A stretch of 64,000 nt of DNA from Candidatus Gallimonas intestinavium. Its GTDB lineage: Bacteria > Bacillota > Clostridia > Christensenellales > Borkfalkiaceae. The notes beneath the pieces were generated by a model. The model did no database searches. It was not told the origin of the DNA and saw nothing but the letters and a program-made list of their open reading frames with translations. Below, one piece after another: positions 17,012-25,104 of the stretch (positions are counted from its first letter, which is position 1; each line of letters opens with the position of its first letter). The translations under genes were made by a program, and so were the position numbers. The DNA lies in assembly GCA_019116755.1 (NCBI GenBank), contig DXBB01000073.1:2692-66691 (forward strand), given 5' to 3'.

Positions 17012-18001
17012 ATGAAACGCGAAGAAGTCTTACAGAAATTAGGATTTACCATCCCGCGCGAAAAGCGCATCCGCGTCATTGTCCACAGCGACCTTAAGAA
17101 CGAGGCAGACGACCAGTACGCCGTCATGCACCATCTGCTTTCCCCCAACGAGGAAGTGCTCGGCATCATCGCGGGGCACTTCGAATGGTTCCCCCGCCTT
17201 GCCGAAGAGGTCGCCGCAAGAGGGGAGTCGGGCCGCTTCGGCGAAGGGCTCAGGACCATGCTCTCCCGTCGCGGCAACACCATGCAGATGAGCTACGAAG
17301 AGGGCGAGCGCCTTTTATCTTTGGCGGAGATCGACGACGTGCCCCTTTTGAAGGGCGCACGGTTTGAGCTCGCCCACGGCGATGAGCCGAGCGAAGGCGC
17401 CAAGTTCATCGTCCAAGAGGCAATGAAGGAAGACAGCCGCCCGCTCTTCGTGTGTTTCTTAGGCGGCATCACCGATCTTGCCGCAGCCTACAAGATAGAG
17501 CCCCGCATTGCACAAAAGCTCACCGCCGTCTGGATCGGCGGCGGCTCCTATCCCGCGGGCAACCCCGAATTTAACCTCTGTCAGGATATCGACGCCGCCA
17601 ATCTCGTCTTTCAAAGCGATATCCCGCTCTGGCAGGTCCCGCAGGACGTCTACCGCACGATGGAAGTCAGCTTTTCCGAACTCGCCCTCCATGTCGCCCC
17701 CTGCGGCAAGCTCGGCAAATACCTCTTCGAGGAACTCGTCGAGACCTCGCAGACCATCATCGGCGTCGAAAAGGATCGCTTCCCCGAAACATGGGTGCTG
17801 GGCGATAACCCCACGGTGAGCGTGCTCCTCGAATGGGGGCAGCACTATTTCGACGAAGTCCCCGCGCCTCACGTCAATGCCGACGGCACCTATTCGGAAG
17901 GCGCAGACAAAGCGCGTACCATCCGCGTCTACCGCTCGGTCAACGTGGGGCTCACCTTCCGCGACCTCTTTGCAAAGCTCGCGCTCTGCTACAAACCATA
18001 A
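17012..18001 (+). CDS. Nucleoside-hydrolase-fold protein (IU-NH / DUF1593-like)
   Basis: N-terminal RVIVHSDLKNEADDQYAVMHHL resembles the DxDxxxDD metal-binding motif of the nucleoside hydrolase fold. A later FLGGITDLAAAY resembles the LGPLTN segment. Function unverified. Confidence 0.45.
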   Translation: MKREEVLQKLGFTIPREKRIRVIVHSDLKNEADDQYAVMHHLLSPNEEVLGIIAGHFEWFPRLAEEVAARGESGRFGEGLRTMLSRRGNTMQMSYEEGERLLSLAEIDDVPLLKGARFELAHGDEPSEGAKFIVQEAMKEDSRPLFVCFLGGITDLAAAYKIEPRIAQKLTAVWIGGGSYPAGNPEFNLCQDIDAANLVFQSDIPLWQVPQDVYRTMEVSFSELALHVAPCGKLGKYLFEELVETSQTIIGVEKDRFPETWVLGDNPTVSVLLEWGQHYFDEVPAPHVNADGTYSEGADKARTIRVYRSVNVGLTFRDLFAKLALCYKP

Positions 18002-18013
18002 AGGAGAACAAAT

Positions 18014-20392
18014 ATGCCGAGAACAAAGGACAATCTGAAACGGGAAGTTGCGTCTCTGCTCTCTAAAATGACGGTCAGGGAAAAAGCCTCCCTTCTCTAC
18101 GGGCGGCGCTTCTGGTACGTCACGGGTAAGGAGACGGGTCAGCCTCTTCCCGAGATCATGGTAACGGACGGCCCGAGCGGACTCAGAAAGCAGTGCGGCA
18201 AGGCGGATATGATCGGCCTCAACGAGAGCGTTCCCTCCATCGCCTATCCCACGGGCTCGGCGCTCGCCTCCTCGTGGGATCCCGCCCTCCTCTTCTCGGT
18301 GGGGCAGGCGCTCGCAGAAGACTGCATCAAAGAAGAAGTTTCCGTCCTCTTGGGTCCCGCCGTCAACCACAAGCGCGATCCCTTATGCGGCCGCAATTTT
18401 GAATATTATTCGGAAGATCCCGTTCTCACCGCCGACCTCGGTACGGCGATGGTGCAGGGCATCCAGTCCAAGGGCGTGGGGGCGTGCGTCAAGCACTTTG
18501 CCTGCAACTCGCAGGAAGACGCCCGCTTCTTCTCGGACAGCATCGTCGACGAACGCGCCCTGCGCGAAATTTATCTCCGCCAGTTCGAAGCCATCCTCCG
18601 CCGCGCGCAGCCGTGGATGGTCATGACGGCGTACAACAAAATCAACGGCACCCACTGCACGGAAAACAGCCGCCTTATGACGGACATCGCCCGCCGCGAG
18701 TGGGGGTATGAAGGGCTCTTCGTCACCGATTGGAGCGCCATGCGCGATCAGCTCGCCGCCTACCGTGCGGGGCTCGATCTCGAAATGCCGGGCACCGTCG
18801 GGAGCGATCTCGACCTCGAGGAAGCCGTAAGATGCGGCGCGCTCTCCGAAGAAGTGCTCAACGAGCGCGCGGGCAAGGTGCTCGAACTTCTCTTAAAGAG
18901 CGGGCAGAAAAAGCCGGCCCTTCCCAAGAACATGCAGGCGCAGCATCTCGCTGTCGCCCGCCGCGCGGCGGAAGAGTCCGCCGTCCTCGTCAAAAATCAA
19001 AACATCCTGCCGTTCTTCGCAAAGCAGCCCATCCTCGTCATCGGCGCGTTTGCAAAGCAGCCCCGCTATCAGGGCGGCGGCAGCAGCAAGGTCATCCCCG
19101 TTCTGCTCGAAAACGCTCTCGAAGAGCTCCAAAAGCTGGGCGCAGAAGTCGTCTTTGCCGAAGGCTACGCCCGCAATTCCACCGAGCCCGACCCCTCGCT
19201 CATTCAGGAGGCCGCATCCCTTGCAAAGAAGTATCCTCAGACCGTCGTCTTTGCGGGGCTCCCCGAATCGTGCGAAACGGAGGGGGAGGACCGCACCACG
19301 CTCTCTCTGCCCGCCTCCCACAACGCCCTCATCGAGGCGGTGCTCGAAGCCAACCCCGAAGCCGCCGTCGTCTTGACTGCGGGCTCTCCCGTCACGCTCC
19401 CGTGGGAAAGCAAAGCAAAGGCCATTCTTCTCACCTATCTTGCGGGCTGCTGCGGCGGCTCGGCGGCGGCAAACATTCTGCTCGGCAAAGTCAGCCCTTC
19501 GGGAAGGCTCGCCGAGACGTGGCCGCTTTCTTACGAAGATACTCCCGCAGCCGCTTACTATCACAAGCACGAGGACTACGCGGAATACCGCGAGAGCATC
19601 TTCACGGGCTACCGCTTCTACGACAGCGCAAAAAGAGCCGTGCTCTTTCCCTTTGGGCACGGGCTCTCCTACACGACGTTCTCCTATTCCGATCTCTCCC
19701 TCGACGGCCATGTCGGCAAAGGGAAACCGCTCACGCTCTCCTTCCGCCTCAAAAATACGGGCAAGTGCCTCGGCAAAGAGACCGTGCAGGTCTACGTCCA
19801 AAAGAAGGAGTCCCGCATCTTCCGCCCCGAAAAGGAGCTCAAAGCCTATTCGAAGTTCACCCTCGGCAAGGGCGCCGAAGTCCGCGCCGTCCTCACCCTC
19901 CCGTCCGAAAGCTTCGCCTTTTACAATGCCGAGAGGGGAGCCTGGCAGACGGAGCCTGGCGTCTATTTCATCCTCGTGGGGGCAAGCTCGCGCGACATCC
20001 GCCTCGCCGCCGAAGTGTATGTAGAAGGGGACGGCGACGTGCCCGATCTCCGCGCAGTTGCGCCTGCCTACTACGATATGCCCTCCGCGCCCCGGGAACT
20101 TCCCGAAGATCAGTTCCTCGCCCTTGCAAAGGCGAACAAGCCCAAAGAGCGCGACCGCACCACGATCACCCGCTATTCTCCCATCAAGGACCTCGCCTTT
20201 TCCAAGGGCGGCAGACCCATCTACGAAAGTATCGTCAAGCGCGCCTCTTCCAATCCCGACCCCGAGATGGCAAAGACCAACCTCAAAATGGCGATGGATA
20301 TGCCCGTCATGAACCTGTTCATGGGCAATTCCCGCCGCAGCGAGGTGGACAAAATTTTACAAATCGCCAACGGCGGCACGCACGAGGAATGA
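18014..20392 (+). CDS. GH3 beta-glucosidase-like enzyme with C-terminal FnIII-like domain (792 aa)
   Basis: Motifs VTDGPSGLRK, DPLCGRNFEYYSEDP, KHFACNSQE, FVTDWSAM and GHGLSYTTFSYSDL. Confidence 0.9.
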   Translation: MPRTKDNLKREVASLLSKMTVREKASLLYGRRFWYVTGKETGQPLPEIMVTDGPSGLRKQCGKADMIGLNESVPSIAYPTGSALASSWDPALLFSVGQALAEDCIKEEVSVLLGPAVNHKRDPLCGRNFEYYSEDPVLTADLGTAMVQGIQSKGVGACVKHFACNSQEDARFFSDSIVDERALREIYLRQFEAILRRAQPWMVMTAYNKINGTHCTENSRLMTDIARREWGYEGLFVTDWSAMRDQLAAYRAGLDLEMPGTVGSDLDLEEAVRCGALSEEVLNERAGKVLELLLKSGQKKPALPKNMQAQHLAVARRAAEESAVLVKNQNILPFFAKQPILVIGAFAKQPRYQGGGSSKVIPVLLENALEELQKLGAEVVFAEGYARNSTEPDPSLIQEAASLAKKYPQTVVFAGLPESCETEGEDRTTLSLPASHNALIEAVLEANPEAAVVLTAGSPVTLPWESKAKAILLTYLAGCCGGSAAANILLGKVSPSGRLAETWPLSYEDTPAAAYYHKHEDYAEYRESIFTGYRFYDSAKRAVLFPFGHGLSYTTFSYSDLSLDGHVGKGKPLTLSFRLKNTGKCLGKETVQVYVQKKESRIFRPEKELKAYSKFTLGKGAEVRAVLTLPSESFAFYNAERGAWQTEPGVYFILVGASSRDIRLAAEVYVEGDGDVPDLRAVAPAYYDMPSAPRELPEDQFLALAKANKPKERDRTTITRYSPIKDLAFSKGGRPIYESIVKRASSNPDPEMAKTNLKMAMDMPVMNLFMGNSRRSEVDKILQIANGGTHEE

Positions 20393-20423
20393 CAATATTT
20401 TGATATAAAGGTGCAAAATAATC

Positions 20424-20453
20424 AAAGAGCAGACCCCCTCGGCCTGCTCTTTT
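20424..20453 (+). terminator. Rho-independent terminator after GH3
   Basis: AAAGAGCAG, 11-nt loop, CTGCTCTTT, followed by T. Confidence 0.6.
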
Positions 20454-20464
20454 GCCCGATTTTA

Positions 20465-20607
20465 CGCCATTCTTGCGTATTTTATTTTCTCAAAATCCGC
20501 AACTTTTGCGTGTTTCCATATCAACAAACCCGCCATTCTTGCGTATTTTTATCTTCCAAAACCCGCAATTCTTGCGTAAATGGCTTGCTTTTTTTGCGCA
20601 ATTCTGC
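20465..20607 (+). promoter_or_regulatory. Array of five CGCAA-N3-TTGCG-type boxes at exact 33-bp spacing (operator/iteron-like)
   Basis: Box starts at 20465, 20498, 20531, 20564 and 20597. The sequences are CGCCATTCTTGCG, CGCAACTTTTGCG, CGCCATTCTTGCG, CGCAATTCTTGCG and a degenerate CGCAATTCTGC. Confidence 0.7.
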
Positions 20608-20613
20608 TATACT
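20585..20613 (+). promoter_or_regulatory. Putative sigma-A promoter of the mntA-hepT pair
   Basis: TTGCTT (20585-20590), 17-nt spacer, TATACT (20608-20613). Box 5 occupies the spacer. Confidence 0.5.
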
Positions 20614-20630
20614 TCAAGTGAGGTGCAGGA

Positions 20631-21101
20631 ATGACATTGAAGGAATTGCGTAAGGAAAAACAATTGACGCAGGCACAATGTGCTGCTTTTCTCGGGGTCC
20701 CGCTCAGGACGTATCAGTATTACGAACGGCCGGATGCCGATATGCAGTCTCTCAAGTATCGTTATATGCTTGAAAAACTGCAGCAGTACGGGTTTGTCGA
20801 TGAAGAACACGGGCTCCTCTCGGTCGAGACGATCAGATCGGTCTGCAGTCCTGTTTTCGAAAAGTATGGCGTGACGCAGTGCTATTTGTTCGGTTCTTAC
20901 GCGAAGGGCAGGGCGACCGAGCGGAGCGACGTCGATCTCCTCGTATTTACGGAAACGACGGGGCTCAGGTTCTTTGAACTTGTAGAAGTGCTGAGGGAGT
21001 CTCTCAAAAAGAAAGTGGATGTCCTCGATCAAAGTCAGCTCAAAGGAAACGACGTCCTCGTTTCCGAAATATTGAAGGATGGGATCAAGATCTATGGATA
21101 A
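20631..21101 (+). CDS. mntA: XRE-family HTH fused to a minimal nucleotidyltransferase (MntA-type antitoxin)
   Basis: N-terminal HTH (LRKEKQLTQAQCAAFLGVPLRTYQYYE) followed by the NTase motif GSYAKGRATERSDVDLLV. GAGGTG RBS. Overlaps the following DUF86 gene. Confidence 0.8.
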   Translation: MTLKELRKEKQLTQAQCAAFLGVPLRTYQYYERPDADMQSLKYRYMLEKLQQYGFVDEEHGLLSVETIRSVCSPVFEKYGVTQCYLFGSYAKGRATERSDVDLLVFTETTGLRFFELVEVLRESLKKKVDVLDQSQLKGNDVLVSEILKDGIKIYG

Positions 21102-21429
21102 CGTGAAAAACAATTCCTATTATATCCGCAAGATCGTGACAGACGTCTCATTTGTTCTCGAACATACGGCAGATCTTACGCAAAGTGAATTGGAGCAAAA
21201 TGAAGTCCTGTTTGATTGCGTGATGTTCCGTTTGATCCAGGTTTCCGAAAACAGTGCGAGGCTCACGGCAGATTTTCGTACCAGATATCATTCGATCCCC
21301 TGGCAGGCGATCAAGGGGCTTCGCAACCGTATCGTGCATGATTATGGGGAGGTGGAAAAGTCCATCATATATGATACGATCAAAGACGATCTTCCCGTGC
21401 TTCTTGCCGAGCTGCAAGGGTTGGAATAA
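21079..21429 (+). CDS. hepT: HepT-like (DUF86) RNase toxin
   Basis: Rx4HxY motif (RNRIVHDYGEV). Size about 111-116 aa. An alternative start at ATG 21094 gives an ATGGATAA overlap with the mntA stop. Confidence 0.8.
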   Translation: MGSRSMDNVKNNSYYIRKIVTDVSFVLEHTADLTQSELEQNEVLFDCVMFRLIQVSENSARLTADFRTRYHSIPWQAIKGLRNRIVHDYGEVEKSIIYDTIKDDLPVLLAELQGLE

Positions 21430-21440
21430 AACTCAAAACA

Positions 21441-21477
21441 AAAACGTGCCTTTCCGTTCGGGAAGGGTACGTTTTTT
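21441..21477. terminator. Bidirectional terminator between convergent hepT and araC
   Basis: 12-bp stem ACGTGCCTTTCC/GGAAGGGTACGT (two G-U pairs) flanked by an A-run and T6. Confidence 0.75.
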
Positions 21478-21479
21478 AT

Positions 21480-22718
21480 TTACGCCTCACCGCGGGCGCG
21501 GTATTCGCTCGGGGTCATGCCCGTCTGCTCCTTGAAGAGCTTCTGAAAGTAGCTCTGCGAAGAAAAGTCGAAGTATCCCGAAATTTCCGCGAGCGACTTA
21601 TCGGTAAAGCGCAGAAAGCGCTTGGCTTCGATGATCTTCTGGCGGTTGATGTACTGCGAAATGCCCATGCCGACCTCTTCCTTGAACTTGCGAGAAAGGT
21701 ACGCCCGACTCGTCTTTGTGAGCTTTGCGAGATCGTCGAGCCCGATCTTTTCCGAAAGGTTCTGCTGGATATAGGCGACGGCGCGGTCGATGGTGGGGTT
21801 GCCCGTATGGCGGCACTGCAATTCCTTGATGCGCTGCGCAAACTCCATCGTGATGCTGTAACGAATATGGAAGAGCTGCGAAATGGTGGTGCACTCCTCC
21901 GTCTGGCGGATGTAGATATCGCGGAGGGAGAGCACTTCCTCGGGGTTGAGCTCGGTCGAAAGCACCGCGCTCGTGACGATGGCGATGGAAGCGATCATGG
22001 CATTTTTCACTTTGCGGATCTCTTCAGACGATTCCGTGGTCGCAGAGGGCATTTCAACGCGCATCCAGTACGATTTGAGCTGTTCGGGCATCCCGTTGGT
22101 GATGTAGTAGAGGATGATCTGTTCGCTCGGCGCATAATTGGTGGAAGGCGAATCTCCTTCGAGCGCCGCCTCTTCCTTCGCCTTAAGCGTCTCTTTCCCG
22201 ACCGTCTCATTCAGCTTCCGCGCGAGCAGGGCGTTGAGCTTGTCTTCCAGTTCGCTCTCATCCGCCTCTTCGCCGCGCACGGCGTTGACGGCGCCGACGG
22301 TGAGCGCCAGAAAACAGGCGTCGTGCATCACGGGCACGGAAGCCAGATAGGTGTGAAGGGGAGCCGCCAGCTTTTTGTCAAAGGAGATATGCTGCTCTTT
22401 CTCCAGCTTTTCGATGGCTTCCTGCATGGTGAGCGGCCCGATGGGCAGCGAATGCGAGGGGCCCAAAACAACACTGAGCCCGTTCTCATCGTCGCGGACG
22501 CAGGCAAGCGCGAACACGCTGTCCGTCACGGCAAAGGAGACGGGGGCGTCCGAACGAAGCAGCGCCTTCATCGGAAGCTCTAAAAATGCCTCCTCGTCCT
22601 CTTTGAGATCGCTCGGCCCGAAGGCGAAAAGCAGCCTCTCCCCGCGAAAGATGCGCACGGGGATGTGCGAGCTTAAATACAGGTTGCTGCAATACTGCCG
22701 TAAAATTTGTTCTTTCAT
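21480..22718 (-). CDS. AraC/XylS family transcriptional regulator
   Basis: C-terminal double HTH (LDDLAKLTKTSRAYLSRKFKEEVG ... LAEISGYFDFSSQSYFQKLFKEQTGMTPSEYR). Divergent from the sugar ABC operon. Confidence 0.9.
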   Translation of the reverse strand: MKEQILRQYCSNLYLSSHIPVRIFRGERLLFAFGPSDLKEDEEAFLELPMKALLRSDAPVSFAVTDSVFALACVRDDENGLSVVLGPSHSLPIGPLTMQEAIEKLEKEQHISFDKKLAAPLHTYLASVPVMHDACFLALTVGAVNAVRGEEADESELEDKLNALLARKLNETVGKETLKAKEEAALEGDSPSTNYAPSEQIILYYITNGMPEQLKSYWMRVEMPSATTESSEEIRKVKNAMIASIAIVTSAVLSTELNPEEVLSLRDIYIRQTEECTTISQLFHIRYSITMEFAQRIKELQCRHTGNPTIDRAVAYIQQNLSEKIGLDDLAKLTKTSRAYLSRKFKEEVGMGISQYINRQKIIEAKRFLRFTDKSLAEISGYFDFSSQSYFQKLFKEQTGMTPSEYRARGEA

Positions 22719-22852
22719 TGTGAATTTCCCCCAAAACTATTATCATTATAAACAAAAGGCAATATTTTGTCAAATAGGTATAAAGATTAAAATACACATC
22801 GGTAAAAAATATGTAAAATAAAGGCACACAAACGTGATAAGGAGGTCATCAT

Positions 22853-23941
22853 ATGGTGAAAACTTCGCCCGGGGCCGCGGATACCGCCGTCGAGGAAGAG
22901 CTCATCCTTTCGGGATCGGAAGAGGGCGCCCTCGCAGCCCCCGGTACGGAAGCTGCTCCCGTGTCCGACGCGGCTGCCGTCAAGGAAAATATGGCGCGGA
23001 TCAAAAAGATCGGCCATGTCCCGTGGAAGAAGGACTTCAAGACCAATTGGGTCATCTACTGTCTCTTCCTTCCCGTGCTCGTCTGGCTCATCCTCTTCCA
23101 TTATCTGCCCATCGGCTTCAGTATCCCGCTCGCCTTCAAGGACTACAAAGATTATCTCGGTATCTTTGAAAGCCCCTGGAACGGATGGGAAAACTTCAGG
23201 TACCTGTTCACGGGCGGCGGCGTGGGAGGGAGCGAGTTCCTGCTCGCACTGCGCAACACCTTCGCGATCGGCGGGCTCAATCTGACGATCGGCTTCATCG
23301 TCCCCGTCCTCTTCGCGCTGCTCGTCTCGCAGCTTCGCTTCAAGAAGTACAAGCGCGTCTGTCAGATGCTCTCGTATCTGCCCAACTTCGTCGCATCCGT
23401 CGTCATCGTCCAGATCATGCAGAACCTGCTCGATCGCGACGGCGCGCTCACGATGATGTTCCATAACCTCTTCGGCGCGCCCAACACCAATTGGCTTGCA
23501 GACGACACGCCCGCCTTCTGGGGCTGGTACATCCTGTTCTCCGTGTGGCAGGGCTTCGGGTACGGCTCCATCACCTATGTCTCGGCGATCTCCAACATCA
23601 GCGAAGATCTCTACGAGGCAGCCGCCATCGACGGGGCAAACCGCTGGCAGATGATGTGGAAGATCACGCTCCCCGGCATCATGCCCCTGATCCTCATGCT
23701 TTGGCTGTTGCAGATCGGCGTCGTCTTCAAGGTGGGCTTCGACAGGACCTTCCTTCTCTACAACGCCTCGACGAATGCCGACGTCTGCGATACGCTCTTT
23801 TCCTACACCATGCGCATGACGCTCAACGGCAACCTCGGCATTGCGACGGTATCCAGTCTCTTCCAGTCCGTCGTCGGCACCGTGCTGATGTTGTTCGGGA
23901 ATTGGATCAGCCGCAAATCCGCCGGCGTCAGCATGTTCTGA
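22853..23941 (+). CDS. Sugar ABC transporter permease (LplB/YtcP, CUT1 type)
   Basis: AAGGAGG RBS. Polytopic membrane protein with an EAA-loop-like YEAAAIDGANRWQMMWKITLP segment. Confidence 0.9.
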   Translation: MVKTSPGAADTAVEEELILSGSEEGALAAPGTEAAPVSDAAAVKENMARIKKIGHVPWKKDFKTNWVIYCLFLPVLVWLILFHYLPIGFSIPLAFKDYKDYLGIFESPWNGWENFRYLFTGGGVGGSEFLLALRNTFAIGGLNLTIGFIVPVLFALLVSQLRFKKYKRVCQMLSYLPNFVASVVIVQIMQNLLDRDGALTMMFHNLFGAPNTNWLADDTPAFWGWYILFSVWQGFGYGSITYVSAISNISEDLYEAAAIDGANRWQMMWKITLPGIMPLILMLWLLQIGVVFKVGFDRTFLLYNASTNADVCDTLFSYTMRMTLNGNLGIATVSSLFQSVVGTVLMLFGNWISRKSAGVSMF

Positions 23942-23942
23942 G

Positions 23943-23977
23943 TTTGAAAAGCATTCATCCGCTGAATACTTTGTCGC
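23943..23977 (+). repeat. Stop-codon-associated repeat, copy 2
   Basis: TTTGAAAAGCATTCATC followed by ATACTTTGTCGC. It starts just after the permease stop, where the sequence reads TGA GTT TGA. Confidence 0.6.
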
Positions 23978-24098
23978 CTTTGCGCACTCCTCGGTCACTT
24001 ACGTCTCAGTAAGCTCCCTTCGTCGTTTGCGCAGGCTCCGCGTCTCAGCGGCGACTGCTTTCCAAACATTCGCTTTCACAGGAGGTCAACGTTAAACT

Positions 24099-25070
24099 AT
24101 GAAAGAAACGACTTCTCAGCAGCAAGTTCAACTCTCTCCCGAAGAGAAGCTCGCCTATCTTCGCGCGCATCCCCGCAAAATAAAGTCGGGCATGGTGCGC
24201 CCCAAGTCCGTCGGCTCCGTCATTGCCGATGTCATCATCGTGCTCCTCGTGGGCGCTCTGGCGCTCGTTGCGATCATCCCCATGTGGCACGTCCTCATGT
24301 CGTCGTTCTCGGACGGCCGCTCCATCTTCTATTACAGCGGCATCGCCTTTGTTCCGGAAGGGGGCTTCACCCTCCGCGCCTACGAGGAACTCTTCTCCTT
24401 TGAAGACGGCCTCATCTGGACGGGTTACATGAACACCATCCTCTATGTCATCGGCACGCTCGCGGTGGGGCTCGTCCTCAACGTGCTCGCAGGCTACTGC
24501 CTCTCGCGCAAGACCAAGCTCTCGGGGCTCATGTCGGCGCTCTGTGTGTTCACCGTCATCTTCTCGGCAGGGCAGGGGCCCACGTTCTACGTCGTCGATA
24601 TGCTCGGGCTCACGCAGACCCGCTTCGCCGTCATCCTCACGGAATGCACGATGGGCATGTACATGATCATCGGCGCGATGGCGTTCCGCTCCGTCCCCGA
24701 AGAGACGGTGGAATCCGCCAAGCTCGAAGGCGCGGGGCATCTTCGCATCATGTTCAGCATCATGCTCCCGCAGTGCTTCTCCCTCTTCATGGTCACGGTG
24801 CTCTTCACGTTCGTCGCGGCGTGGAACTCCTTCATCGGGGCGCGCCTTTATAACGCGGGCATCACCGACCTGTATCCTTTGCAGCTCATCCTGCAGCGCA
24901 TCAAGGAAAGTTCCGACCGCGTCGCCTCGCAGATCGGCCACGCCAATTGGGCGCGCTATCCCATGCAGTTCGCGGGCGTCATCGCCGCGACGCTGCCCAT
25001 CATGGTCATCATGCCCTTCTTCCAGAAGCAACTCGAATCGGGCGCGCTCGGCGGCGCCGTCAAGGGCTGA
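24099..25070 (+). CDS. Sugar ABC transporter permease (LplC type)
   Basis: Six predicted TM segments and an EAA-like loop (ESAKLEGAGHLRIMFSIMLP). Confidence 0.9.
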   Translation: MKETTSQQQVQLSPEEKLAYLRAHPRKIKSGMVRPKSVGSVIADVIIVLLVGALALVAIIPMWHVLMSSFSDGRSIFYYSGIAFVPEGGFTLRAYEELFSFEDGLIWTGYMNTILYVIGTLAVGLVLNVLAGYCLSRKTKLSGLMSALCVFTVIFSAGQGPTFYVVDMLGLTQTRFAVILTECTMGMYMIIGAMAFRSVPEETVESAKLEGAGHLRIMFSIMLPQCFSLFMVTVLFTFVAAWNSFIGARLYNAGITDLYPLQLILQRIKESSDRVASQIGHANWARYPMQFAGVIAATLPIMVIMPFFQKQLESGALGGAVKG

Positions 25071-25104
25071 TCTCAAATTCATCGAATTTTAAGGAGGAAA
25101 AGAT

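Noticed and set aside
18730-20403. A 557-aa + strand ORF in an alternative frame of the GH3 gene, and similar long off-frame or antisense ORFs (40705-42207 -, 41774-43282 -, 47781-49328 +, 58520-60376 -, 60285-61421 -, 54147-55583 -, 15724-16839 -)
   Set aside because: All are Arg/Pro/Gly-rich, lack RBS and motifs, and overlap genes with unambiguous family signatures on the other frame or strand.
20465-20607. Possibility that the 33-bp periodic repeats are a mini CRISPR array
   Set aside because: The conserved unit is only 13 bp. The spacers are themselves repeated (a 66-bp higher-order unit), there are only five copies, and there are no cas genes in the window. This architecture fits operators or iterons, not CRISPR.
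20411-20653. Two small ORFs (80 aa and 60 aa) across the repeat array upstream of mntA
   Set aside because: Their repetitive peptide sequence simply mirrors the 33/66-bp DNA repeats. They have no RBS, and the region is better explained as a regulatory array plus promoter.
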